Positions 25,500 through 38,499 of a DNA stretch of 64,000 nt are shown here, piece by piece; the first letter of the stretch is position 1; every line of letters starts with the position of its first letter. A program made the translations under genes and the position numbers. Origin of the DNA: Raillietiella orientalis (lineage: Eukaryota); assembly GCA_036172245.1 (NCBI GenBank), contig JAYWIR010000037.1:1240001-1304000 (forward strand). The letters are read 5' to 3'. The notes under the pieces were generated by a model that did not search any database, had not been told where the DNA came from, and worked only from the letters and a program-made list of their open reading frames with translations.

Positions 25500-26950
25500 C
25501 CCGAGTGCTGACGGTCATCCTTGCCATTTGCTTGCTCAGTTTCCCATCCCGACGGAACGCATTTCCCTATTTGTTCAAGGGAAACGGCACAGCGAACTGG
25601 GCGTGCAAAATCAGGGCAACTCGACCGGAAGAAGCACGAAACTACCCGGAGATGCTGCACTGGACAAACGAGCAGGTGCTTTGGTCTCCTCAGCTCTTAG
25701 AGAATGGATGAGATCAAAGATCAGCGAAAACTCTTGGCATGGTTTCAAATTAATTTGAAGGTGAGATATGGGTCCTTTGATTAGGACTTGTCTTCCTAAT
25801 TTCCAATGGCTCTTGGAACTTTCACTCTATTTTTGTATTTCCAATTTGGATGTACGGATCTCTCTACACTCCTAGTGGGAAATAAGTGCGATGAAAGAAT
25901 GAAAAAGACAATTAGATGAGCCAAGATTTTAATCGGCGTCCGAGGCGTTTGGCAAATTGTGATTCCTGAGGAACAATGGGAAAGAAGTCCTGGAATTCTG
26001 GACGCTTCATCTGGAAGGAAGCGATCATTGCTGGAGCTGATGAGAAAATTTCGAATAGGAGACGCAGAAAATCGCAACGGAGACCAAACAGATAGAAAGA
26101 AACCAATGTGTGAGAAGACTTCGAAAAAGCAGCGGTGCATTACCAGAAGCTGCAGACAGAAGATTCAGCAGATACATCGAGCAGCCTTTCATAAAATTGG
26201 TATGTGCCCTCCGTTAAAAGTGCGACTTTTTATTTTGGATTATTCCTTACGGAACGAGCAGATGCAGCCTCCGATGTTTTGAGTGCGGAGAAGGGAAAGG
26301 TACAAGTCGCATTTTTCAGTGAAGCGAAAGGTACACGGTGCACCTAGATGTAAGCACAGAACGGGATTATGGCAACGGCATCGTAAGACTCGTCATATAT
26401 AAAATTCATGGATGCAAGAATTTAGATGTTTCTGGTCCCATTAGATATTGTTTCAGCGTGCTGCCACAGAAATTTAGTGCCATTAGGCATCCAAAAGTTT
26501 CTCGTTTCTGACGGATCTTCCATCTTGAATTTCCGATTTACACCGATGGCTTAAGAATTCTATAAGATCTATCAGTTCATAATAAACAACAGCCATTTTC
26601 TACACTTTCCAATGATCACTGTACGTTTTGTGGATTTGGATTTTGTCCGATTCTGATTTCATCTTTCGGTTTTCAAAGTCCTTTGGGACTCGTGTCCACG
26701 AATGCATGCCACGCTCTCCATGTTTTAGTTTCCACACTGCCAACCTCCAGAAAGCGAGCATTCTTCTGCGATTTGACTGTTCGCCATGCAGCAACGGCAG
26801 GCTAAAGGTCTGGAAAGCCATATTTTGATCTTCCTCGAGGATGACCTTCTGATGCTTCCACTGATACCTCATGATTTTCATTCGCTGAAGAACTCTTACG
26901 TGTATGAGCTCCAGGAGAAAAACATTTCCTACAATCTAAGCTACGGTCAA
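25500..26950 (-). pseudogene. EVE: orthomyxovirus PB1 RdRp, thogotovirus-like motifs
   Basis: WKLKHGERG (ORF 26600..26881; cf. WKHLERG), SVRNEKL (cf. VGG.EK), (G)DQKHLNSCI at about 26408-26447 (motif A, cf. GDQEKFNECL), LVMHRCFFEVFS (motif B-like) and SSSNDRF (motif C SSDDF; ORF 25796..26140). Confidence 0.6.
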
Positions 26951-28154
26951 AATTAGCATCTTCCAACATGGTCGTCTCTGCTCAACATCATAGAAGGAAT
27001 CATTAAAATACTGAAGAATCATGATGAAGATGTGATGAAAATAGCTTTCTAAAATAACCTTTCAGCTAGTTTTGTGCCTGAAGAGCTTCCCAAACCACAG
27101 ATGGACATGAAAATAGAAAAAAAGGTAGCAGCCAGTATTTTCAAATGATAACTCTGATTTCACAGAAAAAAATTTTCATCTTGGAACGTGGTATTTTTTG
27201 GGATGGACTGATAATATCAAAATACGATGCACCATCTATTTGGTGGAGTGCCTGCTGGAGTGCTTGTTGTAAAGAGCAGGGTGCACGTGGAAACGGAATC
27301 GTCCTAAAGTCCCGCAGAATCGTATTCTTCCACTGTGGTATGAATTTCATGTCGCGCAAAACATAGTAATACAAATGTGGATTAGTGCAAAACTGACTCC
27401 TAGCAGAGGCTCTTGTACATCTTGACCTAAAAATAGGAGCTGCCTCAGTAGCTGCAAACATTGATAAAAATGTGCGTATTCCAAGGGGTCGATTTCTGCG
27501 CTTCCGGTGGTGAACAGCTTCCCATTTTTTTCTGATCTTAGTATGATTAGTGCTTCGTCTGCAGGCAGCTCATTGCTCAGAAGGGGTTCGTGATTCACGC
27601 CTCTAGCATGAGTTTGATGTTAGTGTGTACGAAATAGCATATTTCATTGCTAATGATGGAAACTTCAATAATCTTCCAACCTGTTTCTTACATCTTGCTT
27701 AGAAAATTCCTTCGTTAGTGGGATTTTCGGGCTCCTGTATCGGGAGAGATTCACATTTGCAGCCCTTGGGATTTGCTTCTGATGCTCATCCAGAGAAACA
27801 ACAGCTGACTTTGGATTTGAACGCATGCACGCATCTAGACGAGCTTACCGATCCGGAGACGGCACCATGACACCGCGTCTAGTTCATCGAGAAGTGTTGT
27901 TGACCGGAAGTTCAGGGATCCGATGTGTCCTCGCATACCACTTACACTCGCACTCGCATAACATCTATCAGCTAGTGTAGGGAAAAAGCGGTTCACCTGG
28001 AATGGTAATTCTCGTGCTTCCATTCCAACAAAAGACGTTTCGCAGCTGCGGCTCGAATTCATTTTTCAAGAAGAGACCAAGAAAATCACCTAAGAATCGA
28101 ATCACTGGTGGAAATCACATATTGCTCAGCAATAGCTGTTTGCTGTTTGTGGAC

Positions 28155-28752
28155 TCTCGATATGTTACCATAATATCAATCTTTGACCATCAGTGAGATC
28201 TTGTCTTGTGCTCCAAGAGTTGCGGGTGCACGGCTGTTGGAATTTTCTTTCATGCAATCATTGTGAGGCTCATACGGATCTTGTTCTATTCGATGCACTT
28301 CTTGCAAATAGTTACGGGGAACAAGACCAATTTGTCCTTTGGAATTGCGGGTTTTGTACCAGTCAGGATCTGATGATGGTCGATCTAGAATTTCGAGTTT
28401 TTCATTCTTGCTAAAGCTAAGCTATCGGTCATTCTGAGCTACAAAACTGTGTAAGGAAACCGCAATATGCAACACATTTTCGGCACGTGCATATGTATGC
28501 ACTTGTTCATCTTCCTCTAAAGTATAGTTGCTGGGAAACCATCCTGATTTGCCATCACTTAATTGTCCACGCCACCAGCCATCATTCGATTTTTCCAAGA
28601 TTAAGACACGGTTTCCTTAAAGCAGAGAGAGTTCATCAGCTTGCTGGGCCTGATAATTGTATTTAACTACTGCGAATCCAAGACCTTCGGAAGGATCAAC
28701 AGGCAGACAGCGTGTAGTCGGAGGAGAATCTTGCTCATGGGAAGGAGAGCTA
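28155..28752 (-). pseudogene. dock: Dock/Nck adaptor pseudogene fragment (SH3-2, SH3-3, start of SH2), intronless, three in-frame stops
   Basis: One frame: [47 protein letters not shown]...GWFPSNYT...AENVLHIAVSLHSFVAQNDR*LSFSKNEKLEILDRPSSDPDWYKTRNSKGQIGLVPRNYLQEV...KD*YYGNISR. Confidence 0.92.
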
Positions 28753-29349
28753 TCCTATCCTACCAGTACTATCCTACCAGAAAGTCGATTAGCATGTAAC
28801 CACGAGTCCCCTTTGAGTTCTCCAAACTATTCGGTAAGATGAACACAAGATTTCATCAGGACAGATTGAGACAGTTTCAAGAGCAACATTAAATCCCAGT
28901 CATACGGCAAAGTCGTGGATGCAAAGCAGAGCTCCATGAGCCTTTACGCGCTGCAAATCCAACCTCAGAGAACGTGACCTCGTTTCTACAGGGTTCAAAC
29001 GATACAGTATCTAAGAATAGGGTAGGAGAATGATTCTGTCTCGAATTGTCCGTTGCTCCACACCTAGTGGTACACATTCGGGTGGCATGAGCGAACACAC
29101 GAAAAAAAGACTGGGGGTTTTGCTTTTAGGTTTGCTGAAGTGCTTGCGCATTTTCTGCACATTGCTTGATATTTAGTACATCCAAACCAGAGACCACTTG
29201 GCTTCCTTTAATTCGAAGAAGATGAGGGAGCAGTCCTTTTGTGTGATTAGAAGAAGCATTTCCTCTTTAGGAGCTTTTGTGCGATTAGTGATAATTTCCG
29301 AGATCGATCCCTTTTCTGTTTTTTTGAGCGGTCCCACAAAATAGGACTG

Positions 29350-29580
29350 CTTACGAGAATAGAAAAGTGTACAACTTAGAATTGGCAAAGAATAGAGAGG
29401 CATGGAACTTAAAATTTGAGAAAAAAATTTAAAAAGTACAGTTGAGAATTCAGAAGGAATAAAAGTGCAGAAAGAATATGGAAAGAATAAAGCACCGGAA
29501 GAATTTAGAAAAAATAAAAGTGCAGATCTCAAAATTCAAAATGGAGAAAGGATAGAAAAGTGTAGAATTTAGAATACTCA
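29350..29580. repeat. Purine-rich degenerate repeat (about 5 copies of an AAAAGT(G/A)YA core)
   Basis: aaaagtgtaca, aaaagtacag, aaaagtgcag (twice) and aaaagtgtag at irregular spacing. Confidence 0.5.
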
Positions 29581-29649
29581 TTTAAAGCCTTCAGTTTGAG
29601 ATATGACGGCTTGGATGATGAAGAGTATCCGAAAGTCACAGCCTCAATA

Positions 29650-30610
29650 CAGTTTCAAGTGACAGGTCGTGGACCTCATAGTACGCAGGCAATGATTTGC
29701 ATCGAATCGATTTCCGGACCCGGGTACCAGGGGCGTCAAAAGGTTCACATGGAAAGAAAGGGTTCTCTCCATCACAAATGCATCACTGATGAAAACGATT
29801 AGGATACGAAAACCTGAGATGCAATCCTGGATTGCATTCTCGCCGGCAGGGCTCCCCTCCGTCTCAAAAACTGGAAAACTAGGGGTGAAGAACAATCCAG
29901 GGCCAAGACGAAGTCGGAGAGAACTGGTGAAGGCCTGCAAAACTGATGCGCCAATTAGCCCTGAGAGTTGGATGTTGGGAGAAATATGAATGGAACTGTG
30001 TAGACGCTGCTCCCCTTCCAGTCTTTGGTAAAGCAAATGATCGATGTCAAGCAAGTTTGTCGAAAGCAAGCCTTGGGACCAAGATGACCGCGGTCTATTC
30101 TCAAACTTTAAATATGTGAGAGGTCAGGATTGCTTCAGTACTGAAGCTCAGACTGGCGAGGTTACAAGCTCTCCTAGTGAGTTCGCCCTGAACCGATGCC
30201 GCAGAATGAACCAAACATTGGAACACATCACACCCAATGCGACTCCTGTAAGATTCCGTGGAATCTTCCGTGGAAGGTTCTGGTTGCCTCAGGCGGAGCT
30301 GTGGCCATTGTAGAAATGGGAAATCCTATTAGGAGCGCACAGAGACTGCTTTACAGAAGCTTCAGACTGACTCTGAAGATGAAAGGCGCTGAAGCGTACC
30401 GTACCCGGCCACAGAGGAGAAGCGTTCCTGCCCTTCGGCCTCTCGTCATCGAAGGACTGCAGATTTTCTCAGGTTGTGGAGAGCAGGGGTCGCAATGGTG
30501 AGCACTGAAGGGTTTGGACGCAAGTTCGCCTGGAGCCGCTGTCGTCTCAGGTCATAGTGGTGAAAGCCAATTCTTTTTCTTCAGCGGGCTATCGCTGAGG
30601 TGAATTCAAT
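29650..30610 (+). mobile_element. C-terminal part of an R2/R4-superfamily (restriction-like endonuclease) non-LTR retrotransposon
   Basis: CRRMNQTLEHI (CCHC knuckle; ORF 30044..30313), RPLVIEGL (cf. PLVIGALG), LQRAI. Confidence 0.45.
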
Positions 30611-30799
30611 TCAGAGCAAAGAACAAACAAGGAGAAACAACTCATTTTTCAAGAACAACTCCAAAAGGTTCTTGCCTTCATGGTGCCACAGAACAAAGGA
30701 AACTTTTGTTCCCATTGGAGGAAATGCACTGGGAAAAGCCGCAGGGAGACTGTGGTGTCAATACCATTGTGCTCAAAACCACTCAGTGTCTTGCGGTAA

Positions 30800-33000
30800 T
30801 GAGTTCTACCACTTCCCGAACTGTTTGTAGAGTGTAGAAAAGAGTCCAGGATGAGAGTCTTCCGACCACTGATTCCTAGTTCTCTTCTTATCAGATTCAT
30901 GAGGATGTTTTCGCAACTTTCCTTATGTGCTTGTTGTCTTGATGAGAATGTTCCAGGCGAAGAAGGCACGGATGGCCTTCTTCGTGGGGTTGAACAGGGG
31001 GACGATTCTTTTTTCCACAAAAAAGATCTCTATATTGGATAGTGCTTGCAAGTGGGTCACCTGTTTCACCGCTTTCCAATCCTTGGTCGGGGATTTGACA
31101 TGGTGGTAATCTTTGGTGTTCCCTCATGCCGGGCATCGTGCGCCGTCCGGATCTCTGGTCTAGTGCTGAAGTCATGTGTCGCATAGGATCCCACCGTGAT
31201 GAAACATCATGAGGGTATCTTGGATATCTTGTGGCATTTCGGATTTCCAAAAGACATCCCTATGGCATGTGAGTTTAGGCAAGCTTGTTTGTACCGTATC
31301 CATGTAGGAATCAAAGCTTCTGCAGTGATCTGCTGCGGAGGTTCACCTTTGTCCAGTGGGCACTCTGTGCTTACTAGAGTTCGCAGGAATTGGGAGGTCG
31401 TCCATCCTTACATCTGTCGCTTGTATGGTAGCAGTCGCACATCGTGAGTGTTCCCGCTTGCTCTCAGTGTCCGATGGTCAGTTTCGGTCGGCTCTGTAAT
31501 CGTCTTTGAATGGACCATGGGACGCTCACGAAAAGTGGGATCACCACGGCCATCCCTTGCTACAGAGTCCCTGCCCTCGCAAGCAAGTTACATTTTGGCG
31601 TTCTTAGAGAGGAGTTGCTTCCTCTCCCAGGTCATATAGATCTTTATCCGTTGCCCCTTTGTCCCAGACAGGGTCTAGATAAGGCCATAGGTTTCGTTTA
31701 TCTACCTTGCGCACTCTCGGCGTAACGTCATTTGCCCCAGGCATTTACGTGTCTCATGAGATGCCGCAAATCCTGGAGTTTGGCAGCTCATGCGATGTCT
31801 CTTACTACGACGTTTCATTCTGGTCGCAGCAGGCACAAAAGCTTCATCTGGAAACATAACCTCTTGCAGTTCCAAACCAGACTCCTTTGAGCATTTGTAA
31901 AGATATTTCTCCAGGATGCTGTAGAGGACCTTGCCAATCAGGGACTTGAATGCGAGCATCCGGTTCCACAGACTGACCTTCTTTTTCAGAAAGTTCTCTC
32001 TACTGCATTGTGTAGTTTCTTACCTTATCTGGAGGATGCCCTTCCATTGGCATGTTAGCGATGCCTGTTCATCCCTAACGCGTACTACTTGGGGTCACCC
32101 ACTATGCTGATCGTGTCAGACAGCCAGATAGTGGTGTCAGGAATTCCCATGGAGAGCAGATTGGACTTTGTAGCGTTCATCTTCAATCTCAGTTTTTGTT
32201 TCTACGGTTTCAGCGATCTTCCTCTTGGGCCATGACGAACAGCAGATCTCTGACATAAGCCAAGTGGGTGATGGTCTTCCCTTCTAGAGTGAGACCCTTG
32301 AACCGGTTCCCTCTGGCAACAAAGGATGCTATCGCGTCCATGCACGGGACGAAAAGATAGGGATCACGGCTACTGTCCATTGAATTTTTTCCTGTTTTCA
32401 TCATGTTGGTAAAGTGGCTACATCTTGCTTCTTGAGAAGTGATCATCACGTGTGCCGTGAATTTCCCTTGGAAGTCCATTTTCCTCAGGATCTTCAGCAG
32501 CATCGTGCGTGATCCATCAAGTCGAACGTCTTCTTGATATTGGTGAATTCCAGTATCCTAGTTGGACTTGGGAAGCCCTTTGCATTCACCCGCATGGGAC
32601 TGCCTAAAATGGCGCAAGTTTATCTAGGAGAAGCCATGTATCCAAAATGATTTTTCCGACCATTCCGCCAGATTTTTCCCATCCATTTTGCCTCGCAGTT
32701 GAGGGTAGTAATCGGTCTTCCCTGAGTAAGAGACCGATGGTAACCGTGCTTCGGAAGAAACCGCATCTGCTCCGACGGAAGGAGTCGGTCAGTCTCCTTT
32801 CTTCGTGGATTCGGGTCAGAAACTGAGGGAACAGGCGCAAGTAGGCTGGCAGTTACCTCTCATGGTGGGTAATGGAATCCCCGCGGTTATATCCTTGCAG
32901 AGCTCCAAGAAAGTCTCCTTGATCTCGTCTGTAACTTCTACGCCCATTGAGTCTAGCTGCTGGGAACCCATTCTCTTCACCACGTTTCGGAGAATTCCCC
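30800..33000 (-). mobile_element. L1/Tx1-clade LINE ORF2 (RT and zinc knuckle), decayed
   Basis: GKIILDTWLLLD, IKKTFDLMDH (cf. KKAFD), PYLFVPCMDAIA..FKGLTLEGKTITHLAYVRDLL (cf. YADD; ORF 32210..32503), LKMNATKS, SLWNRMLAFKSLI, CPACGNTKDYHHV. Confidence 0.8.
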
Positions 33001-33049
33001 TCTGAGCTCCCTCGTCCAGTTCTCGTCTTCAGAATAGCTCGAGAGCTAG

Positions 33050-33600
33050 ATAGAAAGATAGAAAGGTTGGAAGATGGTGGAAATTTATGTGGGACTAATT
33101 TTCATGGGTTATTAAAGATGAAGTTAGAAAATAAGAGAATGAAAATTTTAGTTGAGGAGCTATGGTGGTTGGTGTTGATGGTTTTTAATTGATTAAGTGA
33201 AAATAAGTTCACATGTTCGTAGTAAGAATCACATGGGACTTGACATGAGTGAGATGATGGTGGTTTATAGGATGAGATAGAGTGATGGAGGAAGGTGAAG
33301 GAATAGAATGGGAAAAAGTTGGAATTTATCACAATCGTTTCAGTTTTGGACAGGTAGTAGCGTTAGTAGATGACAATGGTATGTGTGATGGTATAAAAAT
33401 AATTGTGAGACAAATGATGATAAAATAGAGGAGAAGGGGAAGTTAACACCTTGGTATCAAATGTGAAACTGAATTGACTGATTCTAGAATTCGCTGCAGA
33501 AATTGTTATTGTAGTTATTGTTGTTTTTAAACAAAAATTCTAATGTTTGATTTTTGAGACAGAGTCGTGGGGACTGATGGTGTTGATATGGATGGGCATA
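33050..33600 (-). mobile_element. Possible CR1/L2-type LINE endonuclease fragment
   Basis: SSYKPPS (cf. YRPP) and FSLNQL in ORF 33102..33332; abrupt shift to strand-skewed AT-rich composition. Confidence 0.35.
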
Positions 33601-34089
33601 AATTTCTCGTTGACGCCTCAGATTCCTGTGCACTGACGGAATGAAATTTCTAGCTGGCCGAGAATCATAAATAGTTGGTCACCATTCTCTGATGGCATCC
33701 ATTGTTAGTTCCTAAGGAGGAATGGTTCATGAGTGGAGAACATCCGAGGATGTAATGAGTATGCCTATTGTGGTGATACATGGCATAAATAGGTGATTGT
33801 CTTCAGTAAGGCTAAGTTAGCCTCTCTTAGTTCCTGGAAGGCACCCCATCCGTTAAAAATTCCCAGGATATTCGTTGCGAGGATGCTCTTCACAAAGATG
33901 GCTCTGCTCGGCCTGGTTCAGGAAGCGCTCATTTAACTTTTCTTCCTTTTGGATGTCAAGACTACTTCCTATTTTTTTTCCTCGGTATAGTGAACTTTGT
34001 GCGGTCTTTAATCCCTGTACTTCCTCGTCTACATTGCGCCCGATCATGTTAGCTGAGACGACAGGGATGATGGGGGCTCGCTAGACAGG

Positions 34090-37000
34090 AAAGGGTTATT
34101 CAGCAGGTCATGCTGAGGCGCTAATTTATTAAAAATTAAAACTCACACAAAAACAAGGATCTCGATTCTTTTTCATTCCTCCTCCTTGCAAAAAAAACAA
34201 AGACAAAGAATAACTACAAACCGGAGGATTCACCTACTTGCAAACCCGAAGAAGCAATCGCTTAAAGCATCGATGGATTCGCGAGGATAAACAAATAAGC
34301 GAATAGTTGGTGGCAAGGAGGCAGGTTACACCGGAATTGCTGCTCCTTTCCTACAGTATTGTGAGATGCTGAAGTTCTCCTCGCTGACTCTCGTTCGAAT
34401 GAAACCACTTGCGACACTTCTCACTGAAGGAGACAGCGATCCAGGAGGCTCCCCGTTGCCGTTGTTGCTGCTCCAATGAGTGGCGAACTTTGAGAATCCT
34501 CCGGAGGAAAATGCGCAACTAGCACCCTTGCTGCTTCAGGGCAAGCGACCAGCCACAGCTCTCCACCGGGTGGTTGAGAGCTCTCCTGCAGCATTTCGAG
34601 ATCGACCGGAATCCCCAACGTATAGCAGACGAGCAGCTGAGAGACGAGGGGCAACGTTCAGTATTGACCACAACACACCATGTTGTCGTGACAAAGAGGC
34701 GCGTCGGTGAGAGAAAATCTTCAGCATGCCCACCAAAGAACTGGTTGTTCCTCCCTTGTATCTGGAGGTTTCGGTGGTACCACTTGAAGTGTGAGCACGA
34801 GTTGGTGCGCTCCCTTCGCTGGGATTCCAAGCGTAATCACCGAGGGCACAGAGGACGACATCCTCGAGAAGCTTATGGTGAGGGATGATCGAATCATTCC
34901 TGAATCTGTCGCTGGACTACGGTGCCTCCAGAGCACTGTGGCAGAAGCTGGATTCAGCATTCCAGCACCCTGAGGACTCCTCCAGTGCTTGCTGCGGTCT
35001 TTGTGCGAGAGCAACAAGGCCTTTTGCAAGGAACCGTCACAGGGGCTATTTGTTGCATCCACTCTATAGCGACTGCACTTCGTTCCTCGCAAGGGATGGC
35101 AGAGAGACCAGAGGTCACGAACATGGCAGATGCCCACATGGGGATGGCAGCGAGGTCCTTCTAGCTGGAGACGTGCTGCCCCTTCGTGGACTCTTCGAAG
35201 AAAGGAGCGTCCCATATCAAAGATCCCTCTTCCACTCTCCCCTATGTTTTTTTCATCAATTTCTGAACCCTCCTTCGTACCCCTGATTTTTTCGGCGACT
35301 GACTTGGGTGTGAGCAATCCCTGCCCGTGAACTTCCCTCTGTTTATTTTCAAGAAGCTCCACGATGCGACCTTCTCATCTCGGATACCCAGACCATGTGT
35401 TCCGAATCCAAGAATCAATTCGCACAGCCAGTCACAGGCGAAGAGAGGACATGCGTCGTCGGAAATCAAAGGGAGTATCCTCTCAGGGGGGAGAACTAGG
35501 GTGGAATGAAGAGAGAGGAAGAGGGAGATTAGAAATCAATAGGAAAAAAGATGGAGCAGCCTCAGGGTGTTCCGCTTCATTCCTGAGGGCCTCTATCAGG
35601 AGACAAGCGGCGCAATGAGTAGCTGGGGTACTCTCACCTGTTTCGGGATGCTCTCTCCACGAGTGTTCCAAGGTTTTCTTGTACTGTTAGGTAGGACCCT
35701 TATCATTCTGCAATACTTCACTTTTTAGATTGGGCCCATTCATCTCCTTCCACACGTAGGCAACGGCAATTGCAGATGGCTCTCCAGGACATCGTCCGCA
35801 TCCCCCTTCCTTCCATATCTTGGCGGCCATCGCTACTCGCACGTGATGGGGCTTCGTCAGCGATGTAGCCACCGGCAATCCTAGGGGCGTGAACATCTCT
35901 CTAAAGAGGTCTTCTGAGGTGGCAGCACGGCGCTGAATGAAGTGCCTTAGTGCGCACCCATCCTTGACGTTGTCGCCCTCATTCTGGCCGCACGTGAGTG
36001 AACGTTTGAGTGAGTCATTCTTTGAGACTCCCCCGTTGAGGTATGTTGCCGTTCCAAATTTCGGGGAAAATTCCATTGCCCAGCAAGACGGCAGTTTGCT
36101 GCCAGCAAAGAAGGAGGATGGAGGCATCAGCCAGTTGTCCCGGTGAATCCTTAAGGATTCCTTGCATCTTTGGGTACCTTGAGTTGCAGCTTTCGGAGTG
36201 TCCTCCTTCGCTAGGTAAGAAAATCCCCACTGGCCACTGGATTATTGACTCCAGCGACATGACAGGTCATCTCTCACGCAGCAGGAGCATTTTCTTTCGC
36301 GTCATCTCAACGATGAAGTGATGGATGCATGGCGATCTCAGCGGTGCATGTTGAGATCTGGAGAGCACGCTGACATCCTAGACGACTGATGATGCCACTG
36401 TTGGGGAGAGTGAATTTCCACTCTCATCCACGATGAATTCCTGCCTCTGAGCATTCCTGCTCAATGGGAGACAGGATGGTCACTCGTGGTTTTCCTTCAG
36501 GAAATCAGTCGAGTTGACCTCTCCTGCGGCTGCAAGAGAGGATGGATGAAAATCCTGCGCTGTTTCCTGCATTCATCAGGGGAATGAGCGAAGGAGAGGA
36601 GACACCAGAGAGTGTTCCACAGCCTCTCCACGAGGGCCAACCGCCTGAACGGTGCTCTCACCTGCATCCGTTTGGTGGAGAATGAGTTCTGGACCCCATC
36701 CTGTTGAGAGGGAACCAAGCTTTTCAGTAACCTTCTACCTCTGGTAGAGCCCTACGAAGTTTGCCTCGTCGGACTGGGTACTTGAGAACGTGTCCAACAG
36801 ACTCCGGGATGCTCAAAAAAAAGGTGCCGTGAAAGGGGAGCGACAAAGATGTTTCACACTGCTACCCTGTCGGAGTTTTGCTGTGGCAAAAGCAGCAGTT
36901 TGCTGTGGCGAAAGGGGATCGGGGAACCTTGTGCCTTTGCCAAGTAGACGCACCGCACTTCTGGAAAGAACGAATGCATGGGTGTTCCCAAGTAAGCTCG

Positions 37001-38250
37001 GGGCTCTCCCACGAAAATTCTTAGGGAAGAGCAGTCCGCACGCATCACTCATTCCAAACTCACGATTTTCGAATTCTGCTTGTCCACCTGCACTGCTGAG
37101 AGTCAGACCAAAGGGCTTCTCGAGCGTGTTTGCTGACGTCAGTGTCGCTTACAGGAGGAGGACTTCGTCTGCGTAGGCCACTGCGGGATGTCATTGGAGC
37201 TGCACGGGAGACAAGCTCAGTCGTGCCGGTACGCGTTCATCATCGCGTCAAAGAACAGACTGGAGAGTCGGGCTGCCTTCATTTCGGATTTCTCGTCTGA
37301 CCTGGATGCCTTTGGTGGGCAGGACGCTGAGAGAGATCGAAGTCTTCACTTTGCGTCAAAGCAAGCGCGAGTATCTGGGTAGGGAAATCGTCCAGCAGCT
37401 TAAGGAGCAGCCCCTAATTGACTCACTCGAGAGCCTTTTGAAGGTCGACGGAGACAACTTGCGCATCTTTCCCGGGTGAAACCCCGTGTGGGCTTCCCCC
37501 AGTCCTCGCGCTGTTTTTGAAGCAGCCGTGTCCTCTTCTTGCAACCTGAATTGGATGTGGTGGTGGAGCAAGTTGACATCCTCGCTTTGACTTGGGATTG
37601 GGTAGGTCCTGCTCCGATCAGAGTTCTTTCTGGTCTTCCGTATAGCTGATCCATCCTTCGGTAGTCCATCAGATCTTCATCGCAGGACCCTTACCAGAAG
37701 AAACGAGATCAATTCCGATTCCGGGATGATCCTACAAGATAGGACACTCTGGTCAACAGGTGCGTGAGTAGACAGCGTGGGGGCTTAGCTGCAGTTGCTG
37801 TTGCCGCAACTGTCTCGGTTTCCGCTGGCCGTCATTGCACCACCGTCACCGTTGTTCCTGTCGTCTTGTTTCCATTTTCCATTTCAGGCTGTGGCAGCTT
37901 CTGATGCTCGTTGCTCCATGCTCCACACACACCACACTGAGTTTGGAGTCTGTGACCTTGCACCATCTATTTGTTCCCCAAGGGCACTCAAGAGTTGCCT
38001 CTGGAAAAGTATTCCAAGAAAGTCTGTTAGAAGAAGTGTTCAGCCAGAATGGCACCTGATGAGGTGTCCTCCGGACCCCCACCAGACTGATTGCAAGAGC
38101 AGTTAATTTTTCTCCATGAACTCGTGAGCTCAGTGGTGCTGCAGCAAACTACTCCCAAAGATGAGGGAGGTTTGATGCGGAGAAGGGATTCTTGAAAACA
38201 GCGTTGAGTTGTACTGCACGCCATGTTCCCGGAGTGGTTCCTCTGGAAAC
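34090..38250 (-). mobile_element. Near full-length decayed L1/Tx1-clade LINE (ORF1, APE endonuclease, RT, 3'UTR)
   Basis: Gag-type knuckle remnant CGVCGAWSNEH (about 37930), endonuclease region CGLLF..QSDE..GY*K, KDSPGQ, ISDDA (cf. YADD) and SFLKINRGK (ORF 35242..35469), QGAGMLNP, T-rich 3'UTR ending aataaa..cctcagcatgacctgctgaataa. Confidence 0.75.
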
Positions 38251-38499
38251 GCATGCCGGAGAAAGAAAGGGAAAAGACAGAGAAAATAAGAATGTGCTCA
38301 CCGAGAATTGTTTTCATTGCTGTAAATTTTAGCTGCTGCATTCTTTTTGTACCTAGCCACAGAAATCATTGCCACATATTCACTGAAGACTTCTCATTAT
38401 CTCTCTTGTGTATGCATGTTCCTGCATCCTGAGATCAGTGGAAAAAATAGGGTGTGAGAGAGGAAGAGAAAAGCAAAAAGGAAAATACACCGGTTCTGA

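Noticed and set aside
29350..29580. SDS22-like leucine-rich repeat (LELAKNR, RIEK)
   Set aside because: Low-complexity purine-rich sequence can produce these words, and no consistent frame exists.
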